This document shows, one piece after another, positions 32,708 to 40,571 of a stretch of 40,571 nucleotides of DNA. The position numbers and the translations under genes are program-made. The stretch covers positions 1 through 40,571 of IMG/VR virus record IMGVR_UViG_3300016265_001829, one strand, 5' to 3'. Each line of letters starts with the position of its first letter. Position 1 is the stretch's first letter. The notes below the pieces were generated by a model. The model made no database searches. It saw only the letters and a list, made by a program, of their open reading frames with translations, and was not told where the DNA came from. The stretch is from a virus (Duplodnaviria; Caudoviricetes).

Positions 32708-32941
32708 ATGCCTAATCGATACGTTAACACTGCCTGGAAACGGGTCAAATTGGAAGTAGCAATTATGGACTATCTGGCTATGCACCGATACCGTAAGGTA
32801 TCGGCAGAAGAAATCGCCACAGAATTCCAAATTGACGCAAACACAGTGCGGCATTTGCTGCTTCCGTACCTAAGAGATGGATTAATTTCCATCGCTCACT
32901 ATCCCCTTGAAGTTTATTACCAACTTAAAGAGGATGCATAA
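32708..32941 (+). CDS. Winged-helix DNA-binding protein
   Basis: IMDYL..VSAEEIATEFQIDANTVRHLL..DGLI. Confidence 0.7.
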   Translation: MPNRYVNTAWKRVKLEVAIMDYLAMHRYRKVSAEEIATEFQIDANTVRHLLLPYLRDGLISIAHYPLEVYYQLKEDA

Positions 32942-33278
32942 AAAAATCCCTGACTTAGTGGTTGGTGATTTGATTTATTTCTGTCAACGGTGGTGGTCAG
33001 TAATTGCAATTAAACCAATTGCTGGCCGCACTAAACAAACCTGTTTAACCCTGAAAACAACTTACTTAACTATTAAGCAAAACTTTGATGACTGCGTTTT
33101 TGTTCGGTGTACTGAACAAAAACAGGAACCTCAAAAAACATCGGAGGAAAAATACACCAAAAAATATCAAACTGAATGGCTTCAAAAGACTCGATTAACT
33201 TTTGAGAATTTTGAAACCTTACAAATGAAACGCCGACGGCATTCATTGAAAAAAAGAGGTAAAGATGACAATTCTTGA
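32934..33278 (+). CDS. Hypothetical protein
   Basis: ATG 32934 overlaps the previous stop region; LVVGDLI barrel-like start. Confidence 0.6.
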   Translation: MHKKIPDLVVGDLIYFCQRWWSVIAIKPIAGRTKQTCLTLKTTYLTIKQNFDDCVFVRCTEQKQEPQKTSEEKYTKKYQTEWLQKTRLTFENFETLQMKRRRHSLKKRGKDDNS

Positions 33279-34545
33279 TTGTATTCCAGAGCAAGGAATA
33301 GGAGAGACTGCCCTAGCAGTAGCCACTGGCTTAAATCTCTCCGAACTTCGATCGCAATTAAATATTTTAATTCGGAAACGAGCGATCGAACCCGTTCCCG
33401 ATATGCCCTACCATTACCGCCCTGTTATGGTTCGGGTTCCCAAGCCACAGCAAATATTGAATCTCTTGGCAGACCAAAAAATGGAAGCTATGGAGATAGC
33501 GATAGAGCTAGATTGCGATTCACTTCAAACTAAAGCCATTTTAAAACAAATGGCTTTAAAAGGCGAAATTATTCAAAAAGGTGATTACTGGGAGGTATCC
33601 AATGGAAATGATGCTTTTTCAACTGGAATTGATATTGATTTTACGGAAATTAGTCTTGATGGTGATGAGCGAATCAATTCAGACGAACTACCTGGGACAA
33701 CATTGGTCGAAACGGGCCAGCAAAGCGTTGGATCGGGAATTGAAAGCCTTACTGACGACGAAATGCAACGTCGTCACCATTTAGAACGGAAGGTAGAGCG
33801 TAGCTTTTACGAGGCTGGAACTGCCTTAAAAGAGTTACGCGATTCTCGACTTTACCGCGATCGTTGGCATAACTGGAATGATTACGTCGCTGACCGATTT
33901 GGATGGAAAGCTAATTATGCTTACAAACAGATAGCGGCTGCCGAAGTTGTACAAGGCTTAATTGAATCTTATGAGGAACTGTGTACCAAAGGTACAGAGA
34001 GTGTCACACTAACTGGCACACTACCCACGTCTGAGAAACAAGTCCGTCCTTTGACTTCTCTCGACCCCGAAGATCGGGCAGCGGTTTGGAAAACTGCCGT
34101 AGATAAAGCTAACGGCAAGGTTCCCACCGAAGCGCTAGTCAAGGAAGCGGTCAAAGAATTCAAGAGTCGCGATGCTGTTGTCAATCCTTTTCGATTGTTA
34201 CAGGTGGTGTCCGTCAAAGGGAAAAGCGGCTGGTTTGTGGTTTCCCACGTCGGGGAGTTTTCTTGCACTTGCCACGATTTCACCGGCAAGGAAGTTATCG
34301 CCCGATTTTTTGACATCAAAGAAATTACTCTTCCCCCAGAACAGAGACAGTTCGCAGTCGAGTTGCAAGCCCGACTCGCTGATCTGTGGCGAATGGGAGA
34401 TCAATTAATTAGCGAAGTCGATGGGAACACAGTTAAAGCTTTGGTTCAATCTATTGGGCTTAATGCGATCGGGTTCCTAACCGACTTTCAGGAACAGCTT
34501 TTACAGCTTGCAGAACTCCAATTACAGGCACAGGGGGATGTATGA
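33265..34545 (+). CDS. Multidomain putative DNA-binding protein (two N-terminal wHTH-like units, helical core)
   Basis: FYEAGTALKELRDSRLYR..YVADRFGW..AYKQIAAAEV and PTSEKQVRPL, recalled from cyanobacterial mobile-element proteins. Confidence 0.7.
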   Translation: MTILDCIPEQGIGETALAVATGLNLSELRSQLNILIRKRAIEPVPDMPYHYRPVMVRVPKPQQILNLLADQKMEAMEIAIELDCDSLQTKAILKQMALKGEIIQKGDYWEVSNGNDAFSTGIDIDFTEISLDGDERINSDELPGTTLVETGQQSVGSGIESLTDDEMQRRHHLERKVERSFYEAGTALKELRDSRLYRDRWHNWNDYVADRFGWKANYAYKQIAAAEVVQGLIESYEELCTKGTESVTLTGTLPTSEKQVRPLTSLDPEDRAAVWKTAVDKANGKVPTEALVKEAVKEFKSRDAVVNPFRLLQVVSVKGKSGWFVVSHVGEFSCTCHDFTGKEVIARFFDIKEITLPPEQRQFAVELQARLADLWRMGDQLISEVDGNTVKALVQSIGLNAIGFLTDFQEQLLQLAELQLQAQGDV

Positions 34546-34703
34546 GAAACCGTCCTTACAACGATGTTCATATCTCGCAAATTAAAATCGGCGACATAAT
34601 TCGACTTGCCCGCTACCCAAATTCCAGAACCTTCATAGTTAAGGGAATCAAGCGACTACCCGACGGCTACACCTTTTTACCGAGGGGAAAAGTTTCATTT
34701 TGA
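34542..34703 (+). CDS. Small hypothetical protein, 53 aa (not in ORF track)
   Basis: ATGA coupling; MRNRPYNDVHISQIKIGDIIRLARYPNSRTFIVKGIKRLPDGYTFLPRGKVSF*. Confidence 0.6.
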   Translation: MRNRPYNDVHISQIKIGDIIRLARYPNSRTFIVKGIKRLPDGYTFLPRGKVSF

Positions 34704-34736
34704 CACAAAAAAACGAATTGATTCAGGAGAAAAATA

Positions 34737-34970
34737 ATGCCAGAAGACTACTCAAACTTAGATTATTTTTGGGTTCCCATTCACTGGGACGTTGCTGATT
34801 ATTTGCTCAAACACTACCGAGAAGACTGGGAGGGAATCACGCCTAACGGCATTAATTTAGATGCGTGGTATCAAAACTTAAAAGAGGCATCTGAAAAGCA
34901 CAGCCGTGTCCATTTTCCCCATATGCACTCACAACCCCATATGCACTCACAAGAAGAAGGAGAATTTTGA
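34737..34970 (+). CDS. Hypothetical protein
   Basis: SD AGGAG; contains an exact 18-bp tandem repeat at 34917-34952 (PHMHSQ x2). Confidence 0.7.
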   Translation: MPEDYSNLDYFWVPIHWDVADYLLKHYREDWEGITPNGINLDAWYQNLKEASEKHSRVHFPHMHSQPHMHSQEEGEF

Positions 34971-35215
34971 TACTACGAGGAAAGTTTGGGTATTGGATAA
35001 ATTTTACTAGAGGGACAAAAAGTATGCACGCCGTAATTGCCTGCGAACGAGAAATCAGAAACACTTATTTCTGGAATCGGCCAGAAATAGAATTTACCAG
35101 CCGTTATTATCCCCTTGTGCAAAGGGTATTAGTTGAGGCTTTCAATCTCAACGATTTGGATGAACGATACACTTTTTCTCAAGATTTAATCACTGGGGAG
35201 GTGAAAAAATTCTAA
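34967..35215 (+). CDS. Hypothetical protein
   Basis: TTG start behind AAGGAG; coupled at both ends. Confidence 0.6.
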   Translation: MILRGKFGYWINFTRGTKSMHAVIACEREIRNTYFWNRPEIEFTSRYYPLVQRVLVEAFNLNDLDERYTFSQDLITGEVKKF

Positions 35216-35598
35216 TGAATCAAGAATTGATTGATTTATTTAACTCGATCGAGCGGCAGTTAGAACGAATTGCCGTCGCTTTAGAATCAGGTATGACCAG
35301 CCGAAGCGCTCCTAATTATCAAGCTTCATTAGAAGACTTTCACGCTTTTAACTGGGAAGAAATTGGAGCGGCGATCAAGAAAGTGGATAACTACGGGGTC
35401 GCTACCGTTCTGTGGGGTGGGAATCGTTTTTTGCGTCGTTCCCCAGAAAATGCCTACGGCGCGGCAATTTACTTTAGCCGTTGCACGGGCAAGGATGAAT
35501 CAGGGAAAAACCAATACGAGCGCTTAATCACCTTTAAACCGCAATCAGAGGTTAAGGTTCGGCCTATTTCTAGAGAGGCCGAGGGATTGCTTAAGTAA
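35215..35598 (+). CDS. Conserved cyanobacterial phage protein, possible single-stranded DNA-binding protein
   Basis: APNYQ..FNWEEIGA..RRSPEN..AIYFSR..YERLITFK; upstream of the replication initiator. Function is tentative. Confidence 0.55.
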   Translation: MNQELIDLFNSIERQLERIAVALESGMTSRSAPNYQASLEDFHAFNWEEIGAAIKKVDNYGVATVLWGGNRFLRRSPENAYGAAIYFSRCTGKDESGKNQYERLITFKPQSEVKVRPISREAEGLLK

Positions 35599-35604
35599 AA
35601 AAAT

Positions 35605-35629
35605 AACCGCTAAAACATTTTTAGCGGTT
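35605..35629. terminator. Stem-loop
   Basis: AACCGCTAAAA-CAT-TTTTAGCGGTT perfect 11-bp inverted repeat. Confidence 0.6.
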
Positions 35630-35685
35630 TCCTTTACCCAAGGAGAATAATAAATACTTTCACCCATCTATTACTCAAAAATATT

Positions 35686-36603
35686 ATGCCACACTCAAAG
35701 ATTCAAGGCAAATTCTACGCACTTCAGGAAGATCAACTTAAGGAAATAAAAGAAGCCGGGTTGATCAACAACACGGCTTATGTTCTGTTAGGCCTTAGAG
35801 TAGAAAATCCATTTGGAGACAAACCAATAAAACTAATTGTAGAAGATTTTGCCGCTCGTTGGCAACTTCCTACGGTTTCAGTTTACAAAGCCTTGGCCAA
35901 GCTAAAGCAAAAAGGGCAAATCGAGATTGAAACCGGAACCTTGATGATCAGTTTTAATTCCGATACCGATTATCAAAGTGGAGAGCCGATTATCAAAAAT
36001 GATAATGAATTATCAAAACCGATAATCGATTATCAAGATGGAAAAAATCAAGACTCGAAACCCTTGCCAGATAAAGAGCCTGACTCTCCTAAGACTATTC
36101 AAACCAAACAAACCCCCCAAACCGAGGACGGCGGTGATGAGGATCGAATTCCGGAGTCCATTCTCAATCGGATTAAGCGATTAGGAATTTATCTGGATAA
36201 ACGTATTAAAGAAGCGATCGCAAGCAGCACTCGATCGCAAGTTGAAAAGGCTTTATCGCATATAGAGAATACCTCTCAATCAATACGATCAAGATATGGA
36301 GTTTTTCTGTATCAACTATCTTTGGGTGGTGAGGAAAATTCCGCGCCGGTGGTTGAAAAATTTTCGTCCGAATTTTTGAACTGGTACAACAAGCATCGGG
36401 GAGACTTATTAGAAGATATTGAACCCGAATTTTTACCCTGCGATCGATACGGGGAACCCTTAGTGAGACTATCAACCCGCCCCAAAGACTTGATTGAGTG
36501 GCGGCGGGTTGATAGTGGGGAAGAAGAGGAAAATAGCCTTAGCTTACGAGAAAGCTTGGAGCGCATAGCTCCCTGTTTGAGGGCAAGGTTGGGATTTGCT
36601 TAA
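35686..36603 (+). CDS. Replication initiator (lambda O-like architecture)
   Basis: N-terminal wHTH (VEDFAARWQLPTVSVYKALAKLKQKGQI), iterons in the linker, helical C-terminal domain. Confidence 0.75.
   Translation: MPHSKIQGKFYALQEDQLKEIKEAGLINNTAYVLLGLRVENPFGDKPIKLIVEDFAARWQLPTVSVYKALAKLKQKGQIEIETGTLMISFNSDTDYQSGEPIIKNDNELSKPIIDYQDGKNQDSKPLPDKEPDSPKTIQTKQTPQTEDGGDEDRIPESILNRIKRLGIYLDKRIKEAIASSTRSQVEKALSHIENTSQSIRSRYGVFLYQLSLGGEENSAPVVEKFSSEFLNWYNKHRGDLLEDIEPEFLPCDRYGEPLVRLSTRPKDLIEWRRVDSGEEEENSLSLRESLERIAPCLRARLGFA
35967..36036. repeat. Origin iterons, four copies at 20-bp period
   Basis: CGATTATCAA 35967, CGATTATCAA 35987, GAATTATCAA 36007, CGATTATCAA 36027. Confidence 0.8.
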
Positions 36604-37283
36604 TAGTTCCAACGAACCCCTTTTTGTCCCCCCGTGCGCCATCCCTTACCGTTCCTCTGATCAAGGTGAACAAAGCCTTTTTTAGCGCCATAGCCAAGCG
36701 CCCCGAACCAGAATTGATCAAGCCAAGACTGAAATCGAACTAAGTCCTTATTTGCTGGTTTGATGTCCACAGCCCGACCAAAAATATGCTGAGAGTTAAC
36801 AGCCCCTCCTATAGTTCTATTAACTGATGGCGGCCTGTACCAAGATGTGACAATAATTGCCGAATCCCATTCTTGACGAATTTTATCTAATTCGATCGCT
36901 AGTTTTAAAATATTTTTTTCAATGTCACTACCAGCGATCGGAATCCGACGGGAGTCGTTTTTAGTCACTTCCCCTACAGAAAAATACCTGCTAATCTTTG
37001 CCGAAGGATTTTTCCAATCGATCAGTAAATCCGCAATAATTTCGGATTTAGTCTGGTCAAGTTTGACGTGATCACGAAAAACATACCAGTTAAAACGACC
37101 TAAATAAGGCGATTTTAGTTCTATTACCCAATGGTTATTTTCTGCTGGTTTAATCCAGTTAATTGATTCGCTCTCAATTTTTGAGGCTCTTGGGAAAGGT
37201 ATAGATTGAAAATTATCAGGAACACCATTTTGAGAATCAATAGGATGCGATTTTAAAATAGTGGGTTGAGTAGCTGTTAACAT
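36600..37283 (-). CDS. Endolysin, peptidase M15A family
   Basis: TSWYRPPSVNRTIGGAVNSQHIFGRAVD and FVHLD zinc-binding motifs. Confidence 0.88.
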   Translation of the reverse strand: MLTATQPTILKSHPIDSQNGVPDNFQSIPFPRASKIESESINWIKPAENNHWVIELKSPYLGRFNWYVFRDHVKLDQTKSEIIADLLIDWKNPSAKISRYFSVGEVTKNDSRRIPIAGSDIEKNILKLAIELDKIRQEWDSAIIVTSWYRPPSVNRTIGGAVNSQHIFGRAVDIKPANKDLVRFQSWLDQFWFGALGYGAKKGFVHLDQRNGKGWRTGGQKGVRWNY

Positions 37284-37327
37284 ATTGGTGTGGTAAAATT
37301 TCTGTAGTTATTTTAACCTGTTAACAA

Positions 37328-37714
37328 ATGTATCCCCCTGTTAAAATCCCTTTAACTGGTTCAAACAAAATTGAACGCGGTGCCTCTTGGGGGCCGCTAG
37401 AAATTTTTTTCCCTGGGGATTTTGTTTTATGGAATCTTTTGGGACAAATACGAACAAAAGCAGGGGGAAAGCTATTAGCGACGCTTGGCTTTGAGCCAAT
37501 AATTTTAGCTGATAGAGTTGAGAATGGGCAAGTTGTTGGGGTTTACAGCCGAATTGCGCCTTTTCTTACTTCTGTACAAACTTTAGCCGTTCCTGCAACC
37601 ATATTAACTTTGTGGGAATACGACATTTTGCTACAAAATCCCGAAGATTTAACACAAGTTTTTGCTGTTTCTGAGGGGCCAGTAGAAACAAGCGATCGAG
37701 TGACGGTGATATGA
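37328..37714 (+). CDS. Putative virion protein (BppU-like beta sandwich)
   Basis: IERGASW..GQIR..YDILL..EGPV pattern. Confidence 0.55.
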   Translation: MYPPVKIPLTGSNKIERGASWGPLEIFFPGDFVLWNLLGQIRTKAGGKLLATLGFEPIILADRVENGQVVGVYSRIAPFLTSVQTLAVPATILTLWEYDILLQNPEDLTQVFAVSEGPVETSDRVTVI

Positions 37715-38025
37715 GCAGTTATATTATTGAAAACGGGGAAGTTGTGATTCAGGCAAAAACTTCGGTTTTTGTTCAACGCGATCCAACCGTGTTTATTAAA
37801 GGTGATGCTGGTCCACCGGGAGACGGGAGCGCTTTTTATAAGCATACTCAAAACACCTCATCTGCAACGTGGACAATTGTTCACAATCTAAACTTTGAGC
37901 CACAGACTCAAGTATTTAGTTCCGGAGGAGTAAAAATAGAAGCTTTTGTACAAAATCTTTCTTTAACTACTACTCAAGTTATTTTCAGTAGTCCTTTTAG
38001 TGGTTATGCAATCTTATCGAGGTAA
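37711..38025 (+). CDS. Putative virion fibre protein
   Basis: Short collagen-like KGDAGPPGD; HTQNTSSATWTIVHNLNFEP..FSSPFSGYA. Confidence 0.65.
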   Translation: MSSYIIENGEVVIQAKTSVFVQRDPTVFIKGDAGPPGDGSAFYKHTQNTSSATWTIVHNLNFEPQTQVFSSGGVKIEAFVQNLSLTTTQVIFSSPFSGYAILSR

Positions 38026-38027
38026 TT

Positions 38028-38837
38028 ATGACGTTTATCGAATTTTGGTCTGACGCTGAATTTAAGGGAAAAATTCGGGCTTCTGTTGCTCCAGAGAATC
38101 CTAATGATTTGGTTAATTTTAGCACTCTAAACGCTCTTTTAGAAGGATTTGATTATAAGGATGCTGTCTTTGCTTCGGCTCCCTCAAATATCAATTTAAA
38201 TGCTCCGGGATCGGTAATTGGTGGGGTCACGATGACCTTAGCCAATTCTCGCTTTATTGCCGCTAATCAAACTAATAACACAGAGAACGGACTATATAAT
38301 TGGAACGGGGCTTCTGTTCCGGCTACGCGCACTGCTGACGCTAGTACAGGAGCCGAGCTAAGAAATGCGATTGTAACTGTTGCCTCTGGTAGTGGAAATA
38401 CTGACGATGGTGTGACCTACAGGCAGATTACTCAATCTGTGACTATTGGTACTTCTGCAATTGTCTGGCAAGTTCACGGGTCGGGGATTCCAGACGCAAC
38501 CGAAACCACAGCAGGCAAGGTGCAGCGGGCTACTTTAGTCGAATTAGAAGCGGGGACAGATACGACTAAGTATGTGACCCCTTCTTTGCTTGCTAGTTGG
38601 TCTGGCAGACGGCGATCAGTAACTACTAATCCTTTTGGGGATGGGACCAATACAGTATTTGTGATTACACACACTTTAACTGATACTAATCCCAGTGTAG
38701 AGGTAATCCGCAATAGCGGCAATAGAGATACCGTAGGGGTTTTTACAGAGCGGTTAAGTAATACTTCAATTCGCTTAACTTTTGCTTCTACAGCCGTACC
38801 TCCCGTCAATGGTTTCGTAGCTAAATTACTAGCTTAG
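38028..38837 (+). CDS. Putative virion fibre protein
   Basis: NQTNNTENGLY, DATETTAGKVQRAT..AGTDTTKYVTP fibre repeat, GDGTNTVFVITHTL. Confidence 0.7.
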   Translation: MTFIEFWSDAEFKGKIRASVAPENPNDLVNFSTLNALLEGFDYKDAVFASAPSNINLNAPGSVIGGVTMTLANSRFIAANQTNNTENGLYNWNGASVPATRTADASTGAELRNAIVTVASGSGNTDDGVTYRQITQSVTIGTSAIVWQVHGSGIPDATETTAGKVQRATLVELEAGTDTTKYVTPSLLASWSGRRRSVTTNPFGDGTNTVFVITHTLTDTNPSVEVIRNSGNRDTVGVFTERLSNTSIRLTFASTAVPPVNGFVAKLLA

Positions 38838-38841
38838 TATC

Positions 38842-39252
38842 GTGAAAGAATTTCTTGGACCAATTGACACTTTAGACAGCGTTACTACAGCCCGATGGGT
38901 TTCTAGTCGGTTACAAGATGAGAAAGTAACTATTAGAAATATTTCTGCTGCAGAACAAATTCCTGTTACTTCTTTTCCAAGAGAAATTACTCTCCTAGAG
39001 GTGCGGAATCTTCGCACAACTGTGGGGAGTGCTACAATAACTTTTAGCTTTGGTAGTGGTGCTTCTTTTGGTGCAATTCCAGGGCTTTCTAATCTTTCTC
39101 TCACTACTACTCGGGCTAATTTTACGGTATTTGGGCAAGGACAGATTATTACTACTGCTCAAGAAATTCGATTCGATATTACCGGCGTAACTGGTGGACC
39201 GTTAAACATTCTTTTCTTGTTAATTTTTCGCGAAACAGCATCGCTAACTTAA
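38842..39252 (+). CDS. Putative virion protein
   Basis: GTG start; beta-rich and T/S-rich; operonic spacing. Confidence 0.55.
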   Translation: MKEFLGPIDTLDSVTTARWVSSRLQDEKVTIRNISAAEQIPVTSFPREITLLEVRNLRTTVGSATITFSFGSGASFGAIPGLSNLSLTTTRANFTVFGQGQIITTAQEIRFDITGVTGGPLNILFLLIFRETASLT

Positions 39253-39684
39253 ATGTCTAATTCTTTAACTGCCCAAAGCTTATTTTTAAATTCTCCAGAG
39301 CATCTTGAAAGATACCAAATTGCATTAACTAATGTTGCTGGTTCTTTTAATGAAATGTCAACTAATCAAGCTTTTTTTGATAGTCAGATTAAGCCTAGTT
39401 TAATTAATTATCAATCCGTCAAAGTTTACGTTTACAAAAGGATTTTATCAGAAATGATTGTTTTTAATCCTTATGTTAAATTAAATATAGCGAGGCTTGG
39501 AATGATGTCAACAGTGTTCGGAGAAACTCCAAGACTTGCGATTTCTGTTGATAACGAAGGAAGATTAAATCCGATTTCTGAGTTAGATATTTTACAAGCA
39601 GTGACAGAACAATTCAATGATGACAATTTGTTATCTCAATTGTTGAGTCAAAATATTCTTAAAATAACGGCAGTTTTTAACTAG
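39253..39684 (+). CDS. Hypothetical protein
   Basis: 143-aa ORF abutting both neighbours. Confidence 0.65.
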   Translation: MSNSLTAQSLFLNSPEHLERYQIALTNVAGSFNEMSTNQAFFDSQIKPSLINYQSVKVYVYKRILSEMIVFNPYVKLNIARLGMMSTVFGETPRLAISVDNEGRLNPISELDILQAVTEQFNDDNLLSQLLSQNILKITAVFN

Positions 39685-39686
39685 CT

Positions 39687-40445
39687 ATGATAATAATTGA
39701 TGCTAGTCCCCAGTGGGTTCCGACACCTGCGGATATAGGATCGGGACTTTATTTAAATGCCCGACAACGTATTACTGTTACCAGCGGCGCGGTTTCTCAG
39801 TGGCAAGACAGAGATGAGAAGTGGACATTTACTCAGTCCAATTCTGGCCTTAGATTTTTCTACACTGCTACAGGATGGAATAACACGCCTGCCATCAACG
39901 TGACTGCATCCACTCAGCGGCTTCTGGGAACTGCCACGTTTACTCCGCTTATCGGAGCATCGGGACTTACCACTTTTGTTTTGGCAAGACACACTGGGAC
40001 TGGATGGTTTTGGCAACAGGGTAACGTGGCCCCCAGCGCGAGAACTGGCTTGGTCGTGATCAATAATACTTTATATGGAGTCGTTAACGGCGAAGTAACC
40101 ACGGGATCAATCCCCGCGGCGACAAACAATCTCCTCGTGTGGCGATTCAATGGGGCGGCGGCAACCAAATCTATACTTAGACTTAACGGCGCAAATTTAG
40201 CTTCTGGTGGAATTACCGCGAACGCGACTACGACAAACGCCGGAGCATTAAATATAGGCTTTGGTGTAGATCCGAATACTTTTCTGGGATTTATGTCGGA
40301 TTTGTTAATTTTGCCTTACGCGGCCTCTGATTCGTTAATTCAAAAATTTGAGGGATGTTTGGCCTGGCAAAGCGGACAGCGTCTGCAAAACTTTAGTACC
40401 TCACACTCTTTTTTTAGCCGACCGCCCCTGACATCTGATCCTTGA
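39687..40445 (+). CDS. LamG/ConA-like jelly-roll virion protein
   Basis: VSQWQD, ILRLNG, LNIG..FLGFMSDLLI..IQKFEGCLAWQ pattern. Confidence 0.65.
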   Translation: MIIIDASPQWVPTPADIGSGLYLNARQRITVTSGAVSQWQDRDEKWTFTQSNSGLRFFYTATGWNNTPAINVTASTQRLLGTATFTPLIGASGLTTFVLARHTGTGWFWQQGNVAPSARTGLVVINNTLYGVVNGEVTTGSIPAATNNLLVWRFNGAAATKSILRLNGANLASGGITANATTTNAGALNIGFGVDPNTFLGFMSDLLILPYAASDSLIQKFEGCLAWQSGQRLQNFSTSHSFFSRPPLTSDP

Positions 40446-40546
40446 TTTTAAATTTCCCTAAAAAAGTGATTTTTAGGAATAGTCCCGTTAGTTAGTAATT
40501 GGCAGGCCTAGTCGATTGATAGGGTAGTCTAAAGGTACTTTCTGTA

Positions 40547-40571
40547 AGCCAAAAAACGCACCATCCAAAGG
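40547..40571. other. cos site, right genome end
   Basis: AGCCAAAAAACGC-A-CCATCCAAAGG; completes the dyad with positions 13-25. Confidence 0.85.

Larger units (their letters stand above)
1..40571. mobile_element. Complete temperate siphophage genome (cos-type), cyanobacterial host
   Basis: Packaging, head, tail, lysogeny, replication and lysis modules are all present. Identical 11-mer at both ends, no sheath gene. GCGATCGC (HIP1) seen at 89, 13449, 18564, 18759, 20495, 22609, 29222, 29711 and 36214. Confidence 0.93.

Noticed and set aside
561-40168. Numerous antisense and alternate-frame ORFs in the track (e.g. 674..1132, 5845..6168, 16334..16741, 31297..31659, 38474..38809)
   Set aside because: They shadow well-supported genes and show no recognisable motifs; only the 31004/31432 overlap has motifs in both frames.

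Overview
The window reads as one complete ~40.6 kb temperate, cos-type siphophage genome from a HIP1-bearing cyanobacterium. Supporting evidence: an 11-bp terminal repeat at the centre of a perfect 13-bp dyad, at least 9 GCGATCGC octamers, no tail sheath gene, and a tyrosine integrase, XRE repressor and attP. Gene order: lambda-like terminase and portal, tRNA(CAT), fused HK97 protease-capsid, head-tail connectors, tail tube, chaperone with a -1 frameshift, a 3271-aa tape measure protein, attP (3' half of tRNA-Ser(CGA)), a rearranged GTA-like tail tip, leftward accessory cassettes, the lysogeny switch, an early/replication operon with a 4-iteron origin, an M15 endolysin, and six further virion/fibre-like genes. 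Three observations stand out. (1) The tape measure protein carries an R-S-E ADP-ribosyltransferase domain, a circularly permuted M23 peptidase and an SLT domain. (2) A C5-DNA methyltransferase is nested entirely in a second reading frame of a DUF3102-like gene, and that outer frame supplies the motif IX-like segment the enzyme lacks. (3) attP lies ~8.7 kb from the integrase, in the middle of the tail genes. All family assignments come from motifs recognised by eye; no database searches were run.
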